DNA from: Acidobacteriota bacterium
Lineage (GTDB): Bacteria; Acidobacteriota; UBA890; WLXD01
Length of the DNA stretch: 64,000 nt
Direction of reading: 5' to 3'
Assembly (NCBI GenBank): GCA_965248695.1
Contig: CBDFKD010000002.1
Span: 992,001-1,056,000, forward strand
Each line of letters begins with the position of its first letter. Within the stretch, counting starts at the first letter, position 1. Both the position numbers and the translations under genes were made by a program. Below, piece by piece: positions 1 through 9,908 of the stretch. The notes beneath the pieces are model-generated. The model did no database searches and was not told the DNA's origin. It was given only the letters and a program-made list of their open reading frames with translations.

Positions 1-606
1 ATGCTCACCGAAGGCCACCTCAACAACGGCGAGCCGGTGGGTTACGCGCAAGGAATCCGCCTGGATGAGTATCGCGGGCTGCGTACGGTCGGCCACAGCG
101 GCGGATCCTGGGGATTCGTCACGCAGATGGTGCGATTCGTCGAGCCCGCGCTATCGATCGCGATCTCGTGCAACGCCGGGTGGGCGCGGCCGGGGAGGCT
201 GGCAGAGCAGGTCGCTGATCACTACCTAGCGGATCAACTCGGCCCCGCGGAAGGCGACGGCGCGGATCCCCCGTCAGAGTCGGAGCGCGCGGACGCGTCT
301 CCCGTCCCCGCGGCGTGGACTTCGGCGCTGCAGTCGGCGATCACGGGCGAGTTCTACTCGCGCGAGCTCGACGCCACGTACCGCTTCGCCCCCGCGGACG
401 GCGGCGTGGCTGTGCGCATCGAGCAAGACGCGCCGCTCGAGGTCACCCTGCTGACGGAGGACACACTCGAGTTCAGCCTCGGCGACGAGGCGCTCGGCGG
501 CACCCGCAAAGCAACCCTGTCGCTCGATCGAGACCGTGCCGGCCTCGTGACGGGATTCAGTCTCAGCGCGTCGTCGGAGCACGGCCTGGTATTCAAGCGG
601 CGCTAG
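1..606 (+). CDS. Serine hydrolase (beta-lactamase/penicillin-binding family), C-terminal part; 5' end outside the window
   Basis: VGHSGGSWGF (HxG-type motif) followed by a C-terminal beta domain (GEFYSRELDATY). Confidence 0.7.
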   Translation: MLTEGHLNNGEPVGYAQGIRLDEYRGLRTVGHSGGSWGFVTQMVRFVEPALSIAISCNAGWARPGRLAEQVADHYLADQLGPAEGDGADPPSESERADASPVPAAWTSALQSAITGEFYSRELDATYRFAPADGGVAVRIEQDAPLEVTLLTEDTLEFSLGDEALGGTRKATLSLDRDRAGLVTGFSLSASSEHGLVFKRR

Positions 607-652
607 TCCCGGCGCCAGTACCGACGATAACTCCGCCGATGCCGGAAGATAG

Positions 653-2383
653 CTACTCCTGTGCCCAGATCGCCAGCGCTTCATCGTGCAGCGCGCAGGC
701 TTCCTGACGCAATCCGGCGCCGGCCCTGACCTGGGCGCCCAATTCCAGGTACTCGTCGGCCTCGGAGTACGCCGGCCAGGCCGGCCGGCCGTCGCCGTTC
801 GGGTCGCCGGTGGCGGCGAAGCTCGTCCAGTACCCGCCGACCGTCTCCGCCAGCGCCGCGTCGGTGCTGTCCCAGGGCATCCAACTGTCCGGAGTGCTGA
901 GCACGTACGGGATCTCGGCGCCGTGGTACGCGCCGACCGTAGCGCCAGGCTGTGCGCGACTGAAGAAATACAACCACGCAGGGGCGCCGGTCTGTGGGGT
1001 CCTCGCCGCCAGGTACTTGGCGCTGCAGCCGAACGTGTTGTTCGTGCTGTAGCGATCGAAGGCGGCGACGATCCCTCCGTCGCCAACCGCGTAGACCTCG
1101 ACGGCGTGATCCCCAAGGGGGCCATAGCGCTGACGAATCATCGCCTCGAGCCTGTCGGCATCGATGTCGCGGGGGACGCGCATGGAACCCTCGTTGGCGT
1201 TGAAGCCGATCAGCAGCGGAACAGCATGCTGGTCGCCAGCCGCGAACGTCTCTGCCAGGGGGCGCGACACCACCCAGCCGTCGATGTTGGGGCCTCCGTC
1301 GGCGCCGCCAGGCACGTTGGCCGCCAGGATTTCCTCGATACTCGCCGCACGCATGGCCGCCAGCGACTCGGCCGGATCATCACTCGCCGCCTGGCCCCCG
1401 AGCGCCCGGCCTAGTTGCCTGCCGCGCTCCTCGGCCTGCTCGAGGGTGGAGAACCTCGACGCCGGGTACGCGCCGCTCTGGGAGATAGCCCGGTGGAACA
1501 GCCCCTCGGCAAGCGGCGAGACCATCAGGAAAGCGATGTTGGCCCCGCCGGCAGACTCGCCGAAGATCGTCACCCGATCCGGGTCTCCACCGAAAGCCGC
1601 GATATTGCGCTGCACCCACTGCAGGGCGGCAATCTGATCGAGCAGGGCATAGTTGCCTGAGGCCCTGTCCGGAGACTCGGCGGTAAGCCCAGGATGCGCC
1701 ATGAAGCCGAAATCGTTGAGACGATAGTTGATGCTCACCACCACGACGCCGCGGCGCGCCAGGTGGTGGCCCTGATACGGCAACTCGGCGGACCAACCGA
1801 CGGTGTTGCCGCCTCCATGGATCCACACCATGACCGGTTGCGGGGTATCGCCCTGCCAGTTGGTCGTCCAGACGTTGAGTTGTAGACAGTCCTCGCTCAC
1901 CGGCGGCATGCTGAAGGCGACACTCGGGTCCTGCCCGAGCCCCTCGGCGACGGAGCGATACCAGTCCAGGTTGCTATCGTCTTGCGGGCACGCCGGCGGG
2001 AACGTCCAGGCCTGCTGCACACCGGCGCGGGGCTCGTGGGGCTGCGGAGGGCGCCAGCGAAGCTCGCCCACAGGCGCCTCAGCGAACGGGATGCCCTTGA
2101 ACACCACCTGGCTGCCGTCGGAGCTGAAGTAGCCACCCTCGAGCGACTCGCCGTCGGCCTGCACACGCGGCGGGGCGTCCATGGAAGCGGCCGATCCGAC
2201 CCCGGTGGCGTCCGCCGACTGCGAAGCAGGAACGCAGGCCGTCGACGCCACCAGCATCCCCACTACGATGGCCACCCAGAGCTTCAGCGGCCGCGCCGCG
2301 ATCGCGGTTGCTATCCCCTCAGGGCGTCCTCGTCGGAGCCCGCTCGATCCGCGCCTGTACTCGTTCATCACATCACTCGCCAA
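653..2383 (-). CDS. Type B carboxylesterase/lipase, probable lipoprotein (true start may be about 100 nt downstream)
   Basis: FKGIPFA, SEDCLQLNVW, WIHGGG, nucleophile elbow GESAG, NANEG, AYHGAE; hydrophobic stretch ending STAC. Confidence 0.9.
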   Translation of the reverse strand: MASDVMNEYRRGSSGLRRGRPEGIATAIAARPLKLWVAIVVGMLVASTACVPASQSADATGVGSAASMDAPPRVQADGESLEGGYFSSDGSQVVFKGIPFAEAPVGELRWRPPQPHEPRAGVQQAWTFPPACPQDDSNLDWYRSVAEGLGQDPSVAFSMPPVSEDCLQLNVWTTNWQGDTPQPVMVWIHGGGNTVGWSAELPYQGHHLARRGVVVVSINYRLNDFGFMAHPGLTAESPDRASGNYALLDQIAALQWVQRNIAAFGGDPDRVTIFGESAGGANIAFLMVSPLAEGLFHRAISQSGAYPASRFSTLEQAEERGRQLGRALGGQAASDDPAESLAAMRAASIEEILAANVPGGADGGPNIDGWVVSRPLAETFAAGDQHAVPLLIGFNANEGSMRVPRDIDADRLEAMIRQRYGPLGDHAVEVYAVGDGGIVAAFDRYSTNNTFGCSAKYLAARTPQTGAPAWLYFFSRAQPGATVGAYHGAEIPYVLSTPDSWMPWDSTDAALAETVGGYWTSFAATGDPNGDGRPAWPAYSEADEYLELGAQVRAGAGLRQEACALHDEALAIWAQE

Positions 2384-2457
2384 TGGAACCGATACCGGAG
2401 GAATGGCATTATGGCGGGCTGCGACGCACGCTACCAGGGTGTACGCAAAGGACCGCG

Positions 2458-2931
2458 ATGCAGATCCGTTTCGACGATATCGACGGGCTCAGAAACCTCA
2501 TCAGCGACGAGTACGGCGAGTACGGCCCATCTCTCGAGATCACCCAGGAGCGCATCAACGCGTTCGCCAGGGTGACCGAGGATCACCAATGGATCCACGA
2601 GGACGTGGCGCGTGCCGAGGCGGGTCCGTTCGGTACCCCCATCGCCCACGGCTTCCTCGTCCTCAGCCTGGTCGGCTCGCTCTACGACGAGTCCCAGATG
2701 GATATCACCGGCGCCGGCATGACGATCAACTACGGTGCCAATCGCCTGCGCTTCATCGACCCGGTACCCGTGGGGAGCCGCGTGCGGTTGCGGCAACGGG
2801 TAACGGACGTCGTCGCCAAGCCCAAGGGCACCGTGCTGACCCACGAGGTGGAGGTCAGCGTCGAGGGGGCTGCACGCCCCGCGATGATCTACGAGATGCT
2901 GACCATGTACGCTCCCGCGGCGCCGGCGTAG
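2458..2931 (+). CDS. MaoC-family (R)-enoyl-CoA hydratase/dehydratase
   Basis: DHQWIH, GPFGTPIAHG, NYGANRLRF; ATG at 2458. Confidence 0.88.
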   Translation: MQIRFDDIDGLRNLISDEYGEYGPSLEITQERINAFARVTEDHQWIHEDVARAEAGPFGTPIAHGFLVLSLVGSLYDESQMDITGAGMTINYGANRLRFIDPVPVGSRVRLRQRVTDVVAKPKGTVLTHEVEVSVEGAARPAMIYEMLTMYAPAAPA

Positions 2932-2933
2932 TC

Positions 2934-3362
2934 GTGGCCACTGTCTCCCGCCCCGACGCGCCACGCTGCTTCGTGTGCGGGCCCGACAACCCGATCGGGC
3001 TCGGTATTCGCTTCCGCCTCGACGGCGAGGTCTGCCGCGGCGAGTTCACCCCGGACGAGAACCACTGCGGCTTCGACGGCCAAACCCACGGCGGCATCAT
3101 CTTCAGCGCCCTGGACGATGTGATGGCCAACTGGTTGTTCCTGCGCGGCGCGCGTGGAAACACGGCCCGCTGTGAGATGCGTTACCGGAAGCCGCTGCCG
3201 ACGGGCACCGCGGTGCTGCTCGAGGGAAGGCTCACCAAGCTCAGGAGCAAGCTGGCACAGCTCGAAGGACGAATCCTGCGGGCCGACGACGGCAGCCTGG
3301 TGGCCGAGTGCCACGCCAGCTTCATGATCACCGACCCCGGACCGCCCGGCGCGCTCGACTAG
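2934..3362 (+). CDS. PaaI-family hotdog-fold thioesterase
   Basis: CFVCGPDNPIGL, HGGIIFSALDD; GTG 2 nt after the MaoC stop. Confidence 0.85.
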   Translation: MATVSRPDAPRCFVCGPDNPIGLGIRFRLDGEVCRGEFTPDENHCGFDGQTHGGIIFSALDDVMANWLFLRGARGNTARCEMRYRKPLPTGTAVLLEGRLTKLRSKLAQLEGRILRADDGSLVAECHASFMITDPGPPGALD

Positions 3363-3383
3363 CGACGCCGACAGGAGCGCACC

Positions 3384-4529
3384 ATGACCGACGACGGCTT
3401 TGCCGCGCAGATCGCTATCGGGCCACGGGTCCGCAAATCGCCGTATTTCGACGCCACGCGGCGCTGGGGCGCCAGGGGTTTCTCGATCTACAACCACACC
3501 CTCATACCGATCTGGTACACCGACAGCGTCGATGAGTACTGGAAGCTGCTGAAGACGGTGACCCTGTGGGATGTCGGCTGTCAGCGTCAGGTCGAGATCA
3601 GCGGCCCGGAGGCGGCGCGCTTCACCCAGTACCTGACGCCGCGCAATCTGGCGAGCTGCGCGGTGGGGCAATGCAAGTACGTACTGATGACCAACGAGGC
3701 CGGGGGTGTAGTCAACGACGCAGTGCTGTATCGGCTAGCAGAGGATCGCTTCTGGTTCTCACCCGGCGATGGCGACGCGTTGCTGTGGGCCATGGGGGCA
3801 GCGGTGCACTCGGGCATGGACGTCACCGTGGAGGAGCCCGATGTCTGGCCGATGCAGCTGCAAGGCCCGAGCTCCATCCATGTGGCCCGCAAGCTGTTCG
3901 GCGACTGGGTCGAGAAGCTCGGCTTCTACCGCCTACGCGAGACCGAGCTCGACGGGATCCCGCTGGTGCTCACCCGCACTGGCTGGAGCGGCGAGTTCGG
4001 CTTCGAGATCCTGCCGCACAGCAGCGACCGCGGCGACGAGTTGTGGGAGCTGATCATGGCCGCCGGCGCCGAGTGGGACATCGCCGCCATTTGCCCGTCG
4101 GCGATCCGCAGCATCGAGGCCGGCAACCTCGACTACCGCTCCGACATCACCCTCGACGACAACCCGTTCACGCTCGGCTACGAGCGTCTCGTCGACCTGC
4201 ACCAGGAGGCCAACTTCATCGGCAAGGCGGCGCTCAAGCGCATCCAAGCGGAGGGACCCAAGCGCCGGCTGGTAGGCGTGGAGATCGACTGCGAGCCGCT
4301 GCCGCGGCTGAACGAGGAGTGGCTGCCGATCGTGGACGGCGACGAGCAGATCGGCCGCATCACGCGCTGCATCCACTCACCGCGGCTGAACAAGAACATC
4401 GGCTTCGCCAACGTCCCCGCCACGTTCGCCGACGAAGGCTCGACCTTCACCGTCCGCGGCCCCTTCGGCGACGCCACGGCCACGGTCATCCCGACTCCAT
4501 TCGTGCAGCGTGTAAAGTCCGCCGGCTAG
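3384..4529 (+). CDS. GcvT-family aminomethyltransferase, DmdA-like clade
   Basis: RKSPYF...IYNH, LWDVGCQRQVEISGPEA, RTGWSGEFGFEI, C-terminal barrel; AGGAG RBS. Confidence 0.85.
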   Translation: MTDDGFAAQIAIGPRVRKSPYFDATRRWGARGFSIYNHTLIPIWYTDSVDEYWKLLKTVTLWDVGCQRQVEISGPEAARFTQYLTPRNLASCAVGQCKYVLMTNEAGGVVNDAVLYRLAEDRFWFSPGDGDALLWAMGAAVHSGMDVTVEEPDVWPMQLQGPSSIHVARKLFGDWVEKLGFYRLRETELDGIPLVLTRTGWSGEFGFEILPHSSDRGDELWELIMAAGAEWDIAAICPSAIRSIEAGNLDYRSDITLDDNPFTLGYERLVDLHQEANFIGKAALKRIQAEGPKRRLVGVEIDCEPLPRLNEEWLPIVDGDEQIGRITRCIHSPRLNKNIGFANVPATFADEGSTFTVRGPFGDATATVIPTPFVQRVKSAG

Positions 4530-4532
4530 TCG

Positions 4533-5807
4533 CTAGTTCAAGATCGCCTGGTAGACGAGACTCTTGAACTTGTCGCCGTAGTCCACCGACGACGACCGCA
4601 GGATCTGGATCATGAAGATCCCGATCAAGTCATCGACCGGGTCGACCCAGAAGCGCGTGTGCGCGTAGCCACCCCAGGAGAACGTGCCCTCGTGCGAGGT
4701 CGCACCCATAGCGCCCAGGTCGGCGTTGACCATGAAGCCGAGGCCGAAGCCGTGGCCTTCCGCGCCCAGGCCCATCTCGATATCGCCTAGATGATCTTCC
4801 GTCATCATCTCGACGGTGTGCGCACCGAGCAGCCGGACACCACCGAGCTCACCGTCGTTGAGCAGCATCTGACAGAAACGTACGTAGTCGGTAGCTGTCG
4901 ATAGCAGCCCGCCGCCGCCGGAGGGTGCCGGGGGCGGCTCACGATAGTCGCGCGCCACCGCATCCGTCTCCATCGGCTTGAGCGTCAGGTCATCGGCAGC
5001 AATGGGTGTGTAGAGCGTCGTGAGTCGATGCGCCTTGCTCTCCGGTACCCAGAAGCTGGTGTCGTTCATCTCCAGCGGCCGGAAGATGCGCTCCTCGAGG
5101 AACTGATCGAACGGCATGCCCGAGACCACCTCGACGAACCGTCCCAGCACGTCGGTCGACACGCTGTAGTTCCAGGTGCTGCCGGGGTCGTAGCGCAGCG
5201 GCAGCGTACTCAGCTTGGTGACGAACTCAGCCAGCGAGTCCGAGTTGAGCATCTCCTGCTCGTTGTACATCTGATCGACCGTCGACGCTCCGAAGATCCC
5301 GTAGGTGAGCCCCGAAGTATGTCGGAGCAGATCGCGGACCGTCATGTCGCGGCTCGACCGCGTGGTGGTGAACTCGGGCTGGCCGTCCGCGCCGATGCCG
5401 TCGACGCCAACCATCAGGCCGCCGAGCTCGGGAATGTACTTGGAGACCGGATCGTTGAGCAGAAAACGACCCTCCTCCCACAACATCATCACCGCCACCG
5501 ATGTGATCGGTTTGGTCATCGAGTAGATGCGGAAGATCGAGTCGAGCTGCATCGGCGTATCGGCGCTCATGTCCTGCTCGCCGAGGGCCTCGTGGTAGGC
5601 AAGACGGCCGTTACGGGCGATCAGCGCCACCGACCCGGAGATGAGATCCCCATCGATATGGCGTTGGAGGAACGGGCCGATGCGATCGAGCCGCTCGCTC
5701 GACAGACCCACATCCTCGGGAGACGAGACCGGCAGGCCTTGCGCCCAGACCGGGGCGGCAACGAGCGCCAGGAGGACGACTATCACAGGTACACGCATCA
5801 GCTTCAT
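4533..5807 (-). CDS. Secreted serine hydrolase (class C beta-lactamase-like esterase)
   Basis: Signal peptide, FRIYSMTK (SxxK), LLRHTSGL, WNYS, WGG. Confidence 0.9.
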   Translation of the reverse strand: MKLMRVPVIVVLLALVAAPVWAQGLPVSSPEDVGLSSERLDRIGPFLQRHIDGDLISGSVALIARNGRLAYHEALGEQDMSADTPMQLDSIFRIYSMTKPITSVAVMMLWEEGRFLLNDPVSKYIPELGGLMVGVDGIGADGQPEFTTTRSSRDMTVRDLLRHTSGLTYGIFGASTVDQMYNEQEMLNSDSLAEFVTKLSTLPLRYDPGSTWNYSVSTDVLGRFVEVVSGMPFDQFLEERIFRPLEMNDTSFWVPESKAHRLTTLYTPIAADDLTLKPMETDAVARDYREPPPAPSGGGGLLSTATDYVRFCQMLLNDGELGGVRLLGAHTVEMMTEDHLGDIEMGLGAEGHGFGLGFMVNADLGAMGATSHEGTFSWGGYAHTRFWVDPVDDLIGIFMIQILRSSSVDYGDKFKSLVYQAILN

Positions 5808-5896
5808 GATTCGGCTCCGATTGCTGGCGCGGTGCAACGCGCCGGTTTCGAGTGTCGCAAGTTCGCGGCCTGCCTACAGGCTACTGGTGATGAGAG

Positions 5897-6679
5897 TCAG
5901 GCATCGGCCGTCAGGCTCGCCTGGAACCGGCGCATGCCGGTGAGCCAGCGATCGTAGTCCGCCGCCTTGCGCTGGAAGAAATCGGCGACCTCAGGGTGCG
6001 GCAGTATCAGGAACTGTCCGGCGGCCATTGCCTCGACTACCGAGTCCGCCACGTCATCGGGCTCCAGCGCCACGCCCTTGAGGTACGCGCCGATGGCGGA
6101 GTCCGCCTCGAACTGGCTCATCATGGGTGTGTTGACCCCCTGCGGGCACAGACAGAACACCTCGATGCCGTCGTCCGCGTGGGTCATCGAGAGCCATTCT
6201 GCCAGCGACAGCGCAGCATGTTTGGTCACCGAGTATGGCGCTGACCCCACCTGTGTGAGTAGGCCGGCGGCCGAGGCAGTGATCAGGAACGCTCCCCTGC
6301 CACGCTCCAGCATCGGCGGCAGCAGGGCGCGGCTGGCATAGACGATCGACATGAAGTTGACGTCCCAGACGCGCTTCCACTCCGCGTCGCTCACCTCAAC
6401 TCCGCCCTCGCTGAACACGCCGGCGTTGCAGCAAAACAGATCGATGGCGCCGAAGTGCTCCTCGGTCTCGGCCACGAGGCTCTGAACCTGTGCCTCGACC
6501 GCGACGTCCGTTGTCACCGCCAGCCCATCGATCTCCGCCGCCACCGCCGCAGCGCCGTCGGCGCACCGGTCGGCGACCACCACGCCCCGCGCGCCTTCGG
6601 CGGCGAACCGCAGACACAGCGCGCGACCGATACCGCTCGCCCCACCGGTGACGACGACAACCTTGCCGTCGAGATTCAC
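5897..6679 (-). CDS. Short-chain dehydrogenase/reductase
   Basis: TGGASGIG, CNAG, YSVTK; GTG start overlaps the upstream stop. Confidence 0.92.
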   Translation of the reverse strand: MNLDGKVVVVTGGASGIGRALCLRFAAEGARGVVVADRCADGAAAVAAEIDGLAVTTDVAVEAQVQSLVAETEEHFGAIDLFCCNAGVFSEGGVEVSDAEWKRVWDVNFMSIVYASRALLPPMLERGRGAFLITASAAGLLTQVGSAPYSVTKHAALSLAEWLSMTHADDGIEVFCLCPQGVNTPMMSQFEADSAIGAYLKGVALEPDDVADSVVEAMAAGQFLILPHPEVADFFQRKAADYDRWLTGMRRFQASLTADA

Positions 6680-7818
6680 TGGGCGGCAGCCACGGGCCGC
6701 AGCTCGGCGATCGTCTCGCTGACCAGCGCCAGACCCTGGCACGCCTTATCGATGTCGTAGCCGTAGCCGACGCGGATATAGTCGCCGATCCCGAAGTGTG
6801 CCCCCGGGGTAATGAGCACCGAGCGCTCGGTGCGCAGCTTCTCGCACAGCGCCGCCGACTCGATCGGCAGGTCGTAGGCGATCAGGCCGATAGCCGCCGC
6901 CGCCGGGGCGATCATGCTGAGCTCCTCGTGGCTGCCCACCCACTCCACCAGACGCGGAAGCTGCGCACGGACGATCGACTTGGAGCGGTCGAGGATCTCG
7001 TCGCGCTTGGTGGGTTCCATGGCGACGGGTGCCAGACGATCGGCGAGCAAGTTCGGCGTCAAGGTGGTGTAGTCGCGATAGCACATCAGCTGATGGGTCG
7101 CGGATTCCGGCGCCACGGTCCAGCCAATGCGCAGCCCGGGCATGGCGAATGCCTTCGACAATCCCGAGGTGACGACCACCTTGTCGTACCGACCCCAGAG
7201 GCTCGACCCGGTCTCACCCTCGACCTCGGCGCCGCGATAAATCTCGTCGCAAACGATCCAGGCATCGGCTCCTCGCGCCGCCTCGACGAGCGCTTCGAGC
7301 TCGGCCTCGTTGAGCACTGCCCCGGTGGGATTGTTGGGGTTGGTGATGACGATCATCCCTGTCGCCGGCGACACCGCCGCGGCGAGGCTGTCGAGGTCGA
7401 GCGCCCAGCGCGTGCGGTCGCCATCGGTGGATTCGACGAGATAGAAAGCGTCTGTGCGCTCTGCGCAAGCGCGCGCCAACCCCCAGGTCTGCAAGTAGTT
7501 GGGGATCATGCAGGCAACGCGGTCCCCCTCTTCGAGCAGCGCTTGAAGGGCGCTGTAGTTGGCCTCGGAGCCGCCGTTGGTGACCACGATGTTGGCGGCG
7601 GTGGCGTCGTCGTAAAACAACGCGACGCGCTCGCGCAACAGGTCCGAACCCATACCCTCCGGATAGCACAGCCGGGTCGAGGCGAGCTCCGCCAGCTCCG
7701 TTGGGGGCAGCAGATCGTTCACGGTCAACGGCCACACGCCGCTCTCGGCGATGTTGTATTCAACGGCGTGCTCGTAGAGCGACTGCGTGCGCTCCATCTC
7801 GAAACATTCGATCTTCAT
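6676..7818 (-). CDS. PLP-dependent aminotransferase class I/II
   Basis: NPNNPTG, DEIY, SGLSKAFAMPGLRIGW. Confidence 0.92.
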   Translation of the reverse strand: MKIECFEMERTQSLYEHAVEYNIAESGVWPLTVNDLLPPTELAELASTRLCYPEGMGSDLLRERVALFYDDATAANIVVTNGGSEANYSALQALLEEGDRVACMIPNYLQTWGLARACAERTDAFYLVESTDGDRTRWALDLDSLAAAVSPATGMIVITNPNNPTGAVLNEAELEALVEAARGADAWIVCDEIYRGAEVEGETGSSLWGRYDKVVVTSGLSKAFAMPGLRIGWTVAPESATHQLMCYRDYTTLTPNLLADRLAPVAMEPTKRDEILDRSKSIVRAQLPRLVEWVGSHEELSMIAPAAAAIGLIAYDLPIESAALCEKLRTERSVLITPGAHFGIGDYIRVGYGYDIDKACQGLALVSETIAELRPVAAAQ

Positions 7819-7966
7819 CGCTCAACTCCTGGCGTTGGTTTCGCGCGCAGATTCTAGCAGCCAGCCGTGCGCAGCAACTGGGAGAGGTGTCGGCTCGGCT
7901 TGGCGGGCCCCGGCGTTCCAATAGACTGGCGTGGCCCTGTCCGTCTTCGATGCGCGAGGTCTAGCC

Positions 7967-8677
7967 ATGAGCCCATTCACCGCCGAGATCGTCGGAACCG
8001 CGCTGCTACTCCTGCTGGGCGACGGCGTCGTCGCCAACGTCGTGCTGCGACGCACGAAGGGTGCCGAGTCGGGCTGGATCGTGATCAGTCTCGGCTGGGG
8101 CATGGCGGTGTTCGTAGCCGTGTTCGTCGTGGCGCGCTTCAGCGGCGCGCACATCAACCCGGCCGTGACCCTTGGGCTGGCGGCGGCGGGCAGCTTCCCA
8201 TGGGCGGACGTACCGGCCTACATCGGAGCACAGATGCTAGGCGCGGCCATCGGCGCCACGCTCGTGTGGCTGCAGTATCGCGATCACTTCGCCGCCACCG
8301 AGGACAGCGATCTCAAGCTCGCGGTCTTCTGCACCGGGCCGGAGATTCGCAATCCCGTGTCGAACCTCGTCTCCGAGGTGATCGGCACGTTCGCACTCGT
8401 GTTCGCGGTTCTCTACATGGCCAGCGCGGACGTCGGGCTCGGTGCCCTCGACGCCCTGCCGGTCGGCCTGCTGGTGCTGGCAATCGGGCTATCGCTCGGC
8501 GGCACCACCGGCTACGCCATCAACCCCGCCCGCGACCTGGGCCCACGCATCATGCACGCCTTGCTGCCGATTCCAGGCAAGCGTGACAGCGATTGGGGCT
8601 ACGCCTGGATTCCGGTGCTCGGGCCGGTGGCAGGTGGCCTGCTCGCGGCCGTCGCATATCAGGTACTTGGAGCCTGA
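7967..8677 (+). CDS. glpF: MIP family channel, glycerol facilitator type
   Basis: SGAHINPAVT and GYAINPARD (aquaglyceroporin NPARD); six hydrophobic helices. Confidence 0.9.
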   Translation: MSPFTAEIVGTALLLLLGDGVVANVVLRRTKGAESGWIVISLGWGMAVFVAVFVVARFSGAHINPAVTLGLAAAGSFPWADVPAYIGAQMLGAAIGATLVWLQYRDHFAATEDSDLKLAVFCTGPEIRNPVSNLVSEVIGTFALVFAVLYMASADVGLGALDALPVGLLVLAIGLSLGGTTGYAINPARDLGPRIMHALLPIPGKRDSDWGYAWIPVLGPVAGGLLAAVAYQVLGA

Positions 8678-8706
8678 ACGCCGGACGGCTGGGGCTTGCA
8701 CAATCA

Positions 8707-8731
8707 GACTAGATATAGTCATCATCTAGTC
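8707..8731. promoter_or_regulatory. Inverted-repeat operator of the toxin-antitoxin operon
   Basis: GACTAGAT-N9-ATCTAGTC ends immediately before the antitoxin ATG; TTGCAC (-35-like) at 8696. Confidence 0.65.
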
Positions 8732-8989
8732 ATGACAATCGTGAACACGTCCGAGCTCAAAGCCAGACTCAGTGCCTACCTGGCCGCCGTTCGCGGCGGC
8801 GAGACCGTGGTGGTCTGTGATCGTCGGACCCCGATTGCTCGCTTGGTGCCGCTGGAGTCCCCCGCCAGTGACCTCGTTGTCGACGAGCCCAAACGGCGGC
8901 CGACCGAGATTGCGAACTACACGCCGGTACGTCTGCTGAAAGTGGTAGATCCTGTCGCAATCCTCCGAGAGGATCGCGATCAACGGTGA
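8732..8989 (+). CDS. Phd/YefM-family antitoxin
   Basis: VNTSELKARLSAYLAAVRGGETVVV...PIARLVP; overlaps the toxin start (GTGA). Confidence 0.88.
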   Translation: MTIVNTSELKARLSAYLAAVRGGETVVVCDRRTPIARLVPLESPASDLVVDEPKRRPTEIANYTPVRLLKVVDPVAILREDRDQR

Positions 8990-9402
8990 TCGTCTACGTC
9001 GATACCAGTGTTGTTCTTCGCGTCGTATTCGGTCAGCCCGGGAGGATCGAGGATATGGACGCCTGGGAGGCCGCGTACAGCAGCGAGCTCGCGGGTGTCG
9101 AGGCGCGTCGAACGATCGACAGGCTGCGCCTCCAATCCGCGCTCGATGATGACGGCGTAGCCTGCGCCCATGAACAACTCGGTCAGATCGAGGAGGCGCT
9201 GGGGTCGATTCGCCTCACGCCGCCCGTGCTACGGCGCGCTGGCCAACCCATGGCGGTAGCCCTGCGAACCCTGGACGCGCTTCACCTGTCGAGCGCGCTG
9301 CTGCTCCGAGAGCAGCGCTACATGGCGCTCGTGTTCGCCACCCATGACGCGCGGCAGGGCCTCGCCGCCCGCGCCAACGGATTCTCCGTACTCGGCCTGT
9401 AG
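8986..9402 (+). CDS. vapC: VapC PIN-domain toxin
   Basis: YVDTS, LRTLDALHL, FATHD. Confidence 0.88.
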   Translation: MIVYVDTSVVLRVVFGQPGRIEDMDAWEAAYSSELAGVEARRTIDRLRLQSALDDDGVACAHEQLGQIEEALGSIRLTPPVLRRAGQPMAVALRTLDALHLSSALLLREQRYMALVFATHDARQGLAARANGFSVLGL

Positions 9403-9444
9403 AGCGCACGAGCTGCTGGCCGTCGTACCCTGCTGTCTGATATC

Positions 9445-9470
9445 TTGATCATCAATCTATTGATCATCAA
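9445..9470. promoter_or_regulatory. Candidate PadR operator: TTGATCATCAA-TCTA-TTGATCATCAA
   Basis: Perfect 11-bp direct repeat, each unit itself palindromic (TTGAT-C-ATCAA), AT-rich, about 40 nt upstream of padR. Confidence 0.65.
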
Positions 9471-9509
9471 GTGATCTCTCACCCGCAGAGCTCTTCGGCG
9501 AGGTTAGCC

Positions 9510-9908
9510 ATGGCGGATCGACCGGACCTGAAACCCGACCCTCAGACATATTTGCCGCTCACGGCGCTGTCTTTCGACATCTTGCTGTCGATGGCCAGCG
9601 GCCCGCTGCACGGATACGGGATCATCCAGGACATCGAGACGCGCGCCGGCCGGCCAATGAAATCCAGCACCGGGACGCTCTACCTGGCCATACAGCGACT
9701 GCAGCGCGACGGACTCATCCGAAGGTGCCATGCCGAGGGAGCTGAGAAACGGCGGCGGCTGTATGCGATGACCGTTCTCGGCGTCGCGGTCGCAGCCGCC
9801 GAGGCCGAGCGGCTCGCGGCGCTGGTGGGCAACGCCCGGGACAAGGATCTGTTGACTCATGCCGCGCTGACCGCTGCCCTGCAGTCGCCCCGAGGACAGG
9901 ACCGTTGA
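9510..9908 (+). CDS. PadR-family transcriptional regulator
   Basis: PLHGYGIIQ, GTLYLAIQRL, RRRLYAMT. Confidence 0.88.
   Translation: MADRPDLKPDPQTYLPLTALSFDILLSMASGPLHGYGIIQDIETRAGRPMKSSTGTLYLAIQRLQRDGLIRRCHAEGAEKRRRLYAMTVLGVAVAAAEAERLAALVGNARDKDLLTHAALTAALQSPRGQDR

Noticed and set aside
4533-5807. Beta-lactam resistance gene
   Set aside because: Motifs (LLxHTSG, WGG) fit esterase-type serine hydrolases, not AmpC (no KTG).
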